A DNA stretch of 63,735 bases from Mesotaenium endlicherianum (taxonomy: Eukaryota). The translations under genes and the position numbers were made by a program. Of the stretch, positions 61,722 to 63,735 are shown one piece after another. A model generated the notes under the pieces. That model saw only the letters and a list, made by a program, of their open reading frames with translations, was not told where the DNA came from and did no database searches. Position 1 is the first letter of the stretch. Every line of letters begins with the position of its first letter. The DNA lies in NCBI GenBank assembly GCA_009602735.1, contig WELA01003597.1, forward strand, positions 875,157 through 938,891. The letters run 5' to 3'.

Positions 61722-62908
61722 CTCAGAGTCAGAGAGCAGCATGCGAGCCGCACATTCCCGCCGCTGGTGGCCAGGGTTATAGGAGCGGAACACGGCAGTG
61801 CCCGCAAAGTTGGAGCTGTTGCCCACCCAGCGGGCCACGGCAGCCATGGCTGCAGGGTACGCCCAATCGCCCACGAGGCCCTCCAGGCTGAGGCTGGGCA
61901 CGCGCGCGCCCATCCGAAACACGCCCAGGCCCTGCATCTCCATCTGCTCCTCGCGCCACCTGCGCCCGGAGTTCAGCACCAGCACGTCATGCTCATTCGC
62001 CTCCGCCGCCCACAGCGGGTCGGGCACGTCGATGTTCAGCTGGTTGGGGTAGCACGCTTGCAAGAGCTCGACCAACAGGGAGCTGCTGCTGCTGTTCCCG
62101 TTGCCGCTGATGCCACCGCCGGACGAGCTACCCACGTCCGCCTCTTGCTCCTTCTCCTCTTGTCTGGGTGCCGCATCCATCGCTGCACCGCTGGTGCTGG
62201 GGCCGCCACTGCCCGCCAGCAACGCCTGGCTCTCGGTCAGCGCCGACTTGCTGAGCTGGCAGGCGGTGCCGTTGATGCCGCGGTCCACGACGGCCTCCAC
62301 CAGAAACGGCGACTGGTACAGCGCCAGGCTGAGGTTGTGCAGCGGAAACCTGTACATGAGCTTGTCGCCTCCCGTGAAGTTCTCCAGGACGACGTGGGGC
62401 AGCCCCCGGGGGGCCTGCTTCCCCGGGGCCCGGGCTCCCCAGCTGTACACCCACCCCCTCAGAGTCGGCCACTTGGACGCGCCTGCTTCCTTCTCGCCGT
62501 CGCCGCTCTCGTCGGCTGCCAAGCCCCTGGATGAGCTCGCTGCTTGCGCAGGCTGCCCGCCGGATGGCACCTCCACAGCACCGGCCAGCGCCATGGGGAG
62601 CTCGGCTTCCGCGAGCATGCACACAAACGAGTCGAACGCGTTGGCGGCCGTCTGGTCGCCCACAAATGCGATGCTGCGGTTGCCCATGGCGTGCAGGAAC
62701 GCGCGCGCGTCAAAGCGGGGCACAGTACACTGGCTAGGCTCCCAGCGCCAGCTGTCGGCGGCGGGCTCCAAGCCGTACTTATGGCAGTCCCAGTCATCGC
62801 GCATGTAAGGACACATGGCGGAGTACAGCGGGCGGTCCGAGGAGCGCACCCACTTGCCGTCACCCACGTTACACGCCAGCGAGAATTCCGCCCGCCTGTC
62901 CGGCCACA
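61722..62908 (-). CDS. TBL gene, main exon (PMR5N and PC-esterase domains)
   Basis: CNVGDGKWV..PLY..CPY...DC...WRWEP..C.VPRFDA..FL....IAFVGDQ...SFVCML; SPFLV; DVLVLNSG; RSYNPGH. Acceptor at 62909-62910 and GT donor at 61720-61721. Confidence 0.92.
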
Positions 62909-62910
62909 CT

Positions 62911-62987
62911 GCACACACGCACACACACACACACACACACGCACACGCATATACACAAGCGCACGCACGCATGCACGCACGCACACA
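62911..62987. repeat. (CA)n/(CACG)n intronic microsatellite
   Basis: Seen directly; lies just upstream of the TBL acceptor on the minus strand. Confidence 0.9.
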
Positions 62988-63095
62988 GCCATGAATGCAG
63001 GCAATTGGAGTCGAAGGGGAATGTGACCAATCAGTCTTGCATGTCTCTATTCCCTCCCCGCCCCTCAATTGTCAGGGAGACAGGCATCATCTTAC

Positions 63096-63180
63096 CTGGA
63101 AAGATCATGCCCATGAGTAGCCAAGGGGCGAGAATGACATGCTCTTGCTGATTTGGGACTTGGAACCAGGCTCCTTCTCC
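63096..63180 (-). CDS. Candidate upstream TBL exon (possible signal anchor); 5' boundary uncertain
   Basis: Ends CCAG|GTAAG in phase 1, matching the phase-1 acceptor at 62908; joined peptide VILAPWLLMGMIFPVW is hydrophobic. Confidence 0.4.
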
Positions 63181-63480
63181 TAAGAAGACATGTTCCGTCA
63201 ATGTGACTTTGCAGTGATCATGTATGAAAGCAGAGGATTGAGATATCCATGAATATATACATCTATTTATACATCTGACTAGGGGTTTGTGTTGGTTACA
63301 GGCCTGCCGCAAGTATGGGCAACAGCTGGACATCCAGCCACACCTTCCCAGCAGCAAGTCAAGAGTTCCACAAATTGCAGGCAAGGTACGACATGCGACT
63401 GATGCATCCACCTTTGGCTCGGATAGGACTTGTGGTGGCGCGGCGCACGTGGAAGAGAGAGAGCGAGGGAAATGGAGAAG

Positions 63481-63488
63481 GTGTGTGA

Positions 63489-63529
<41 letters not shown>

Positions 63530-63548
63530 GGGGGGGGGGGGGGAGGGG
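63481..63548. repeat. (GT)n(GA)n(G)n intronic simple repeat
   Basis: Seen directly; precedes the RRP41 acceptor. Confidence 0.9.
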
Positions 63549-63557
63549 ATTGTGCAG

Positions 63558-63704
63558 GTGAAGTGCGAGTACAGCATGGCGGCGTTCAGCACGGGCGAGC
63601 GGAGGCGGCGCACCAAGGGCGACCGGCGCAGCACCGAGATCTCGCTCGTCATCCGCAACACCATGGACGCCGCCATCCTCACGCACCTCATGCCGCGCAC
63701 GCAG
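63558..63704 (+). CDS. RRP41: Internal exon of exosome subunit RRP41 (RNase PH family)
   Basis: VKCEYSMAAFSTGERRRRTKGDRRSTEISLVIRNTMDAAILTHLMPRTQ matches my recollection of plant RRP41 (CEYSMANFSTG...KGDRRSTEISLVIRQTMEA.ILTHLMPRSQ); TGCAG acceptor. Absent from the ORF track. Confidence 0.9.
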
Positions 63705-63735
63705 GCGCGTAACCCTTCTCACTCCTTCCCCCCCC

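Noticed and set aside
61767..63026. Plus-strand ORFs of 160-255 aa over the TBL exon
   Set aside because: Antisense shadows of GC-rich coding sequence.
62909..63068. Cys/Val/Ala-rich N-terminus of the 465-aa ORF
   Set aside because: Translation of an intronic (GT)n repeat upstream of the acceptor.
63279..63722. ORF-track calls 63279..63722, 63287..63712 and 63359..63700
   Set aside because: Wrong frame or strand; the real signal is the RRP41 exon at 63558-63704.

Overview
Eukaryotic, transposon-dense region. The TBL-family gene, the RRP41 exon, GC-rich exons and (GT)n-rich introns suggest a streptophyte, possibly a charophyte alga; this is inference only. About 60 kb is a nest of Ty3/Gypsy chromoviruses sitting in and around a decayed CMC (CACTA/Plavaka-like) DNA-transposon transposase. 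Three LTR families are present: element A (+, 1..14685, split by B); element F (-, 15307..22136); and a five-copy family B (B 3185..12119, C 24448..~32971, D 33755..41206, E 48406..56688, all minus; G a degenerate plus-strand remnant at ~46934..48190 and ~57570..60203). The main result concerns family B. Downstream of the chromodomain integrase, in the env position, it carries a conserved ~500-codon extra ORF (ORF3) with no obvious transmembrane segment. ORF3 occurs as two divergent subtypes that appear to be swapped between subfamilies. It is preceded by a module with internal copies of the polypurine tract and a ~10-bp-phased GTGAC array. The family also has a structured LTR (predicted pseudoknot and long-range stem) and a -1 frameshift signal. 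The LTR of element A contains a tRNA-like Pol III A/B-box segment. The right end holds a TRICHOME BIREFRINGENCE-LIKE gene with both catalytic motifs substituted (GDS->GDQ, DxxH->DxxN), back-to-back with an internal RRP41 exon whose upstream exons I could not find. All alignments were done by eye; no databases were searched.
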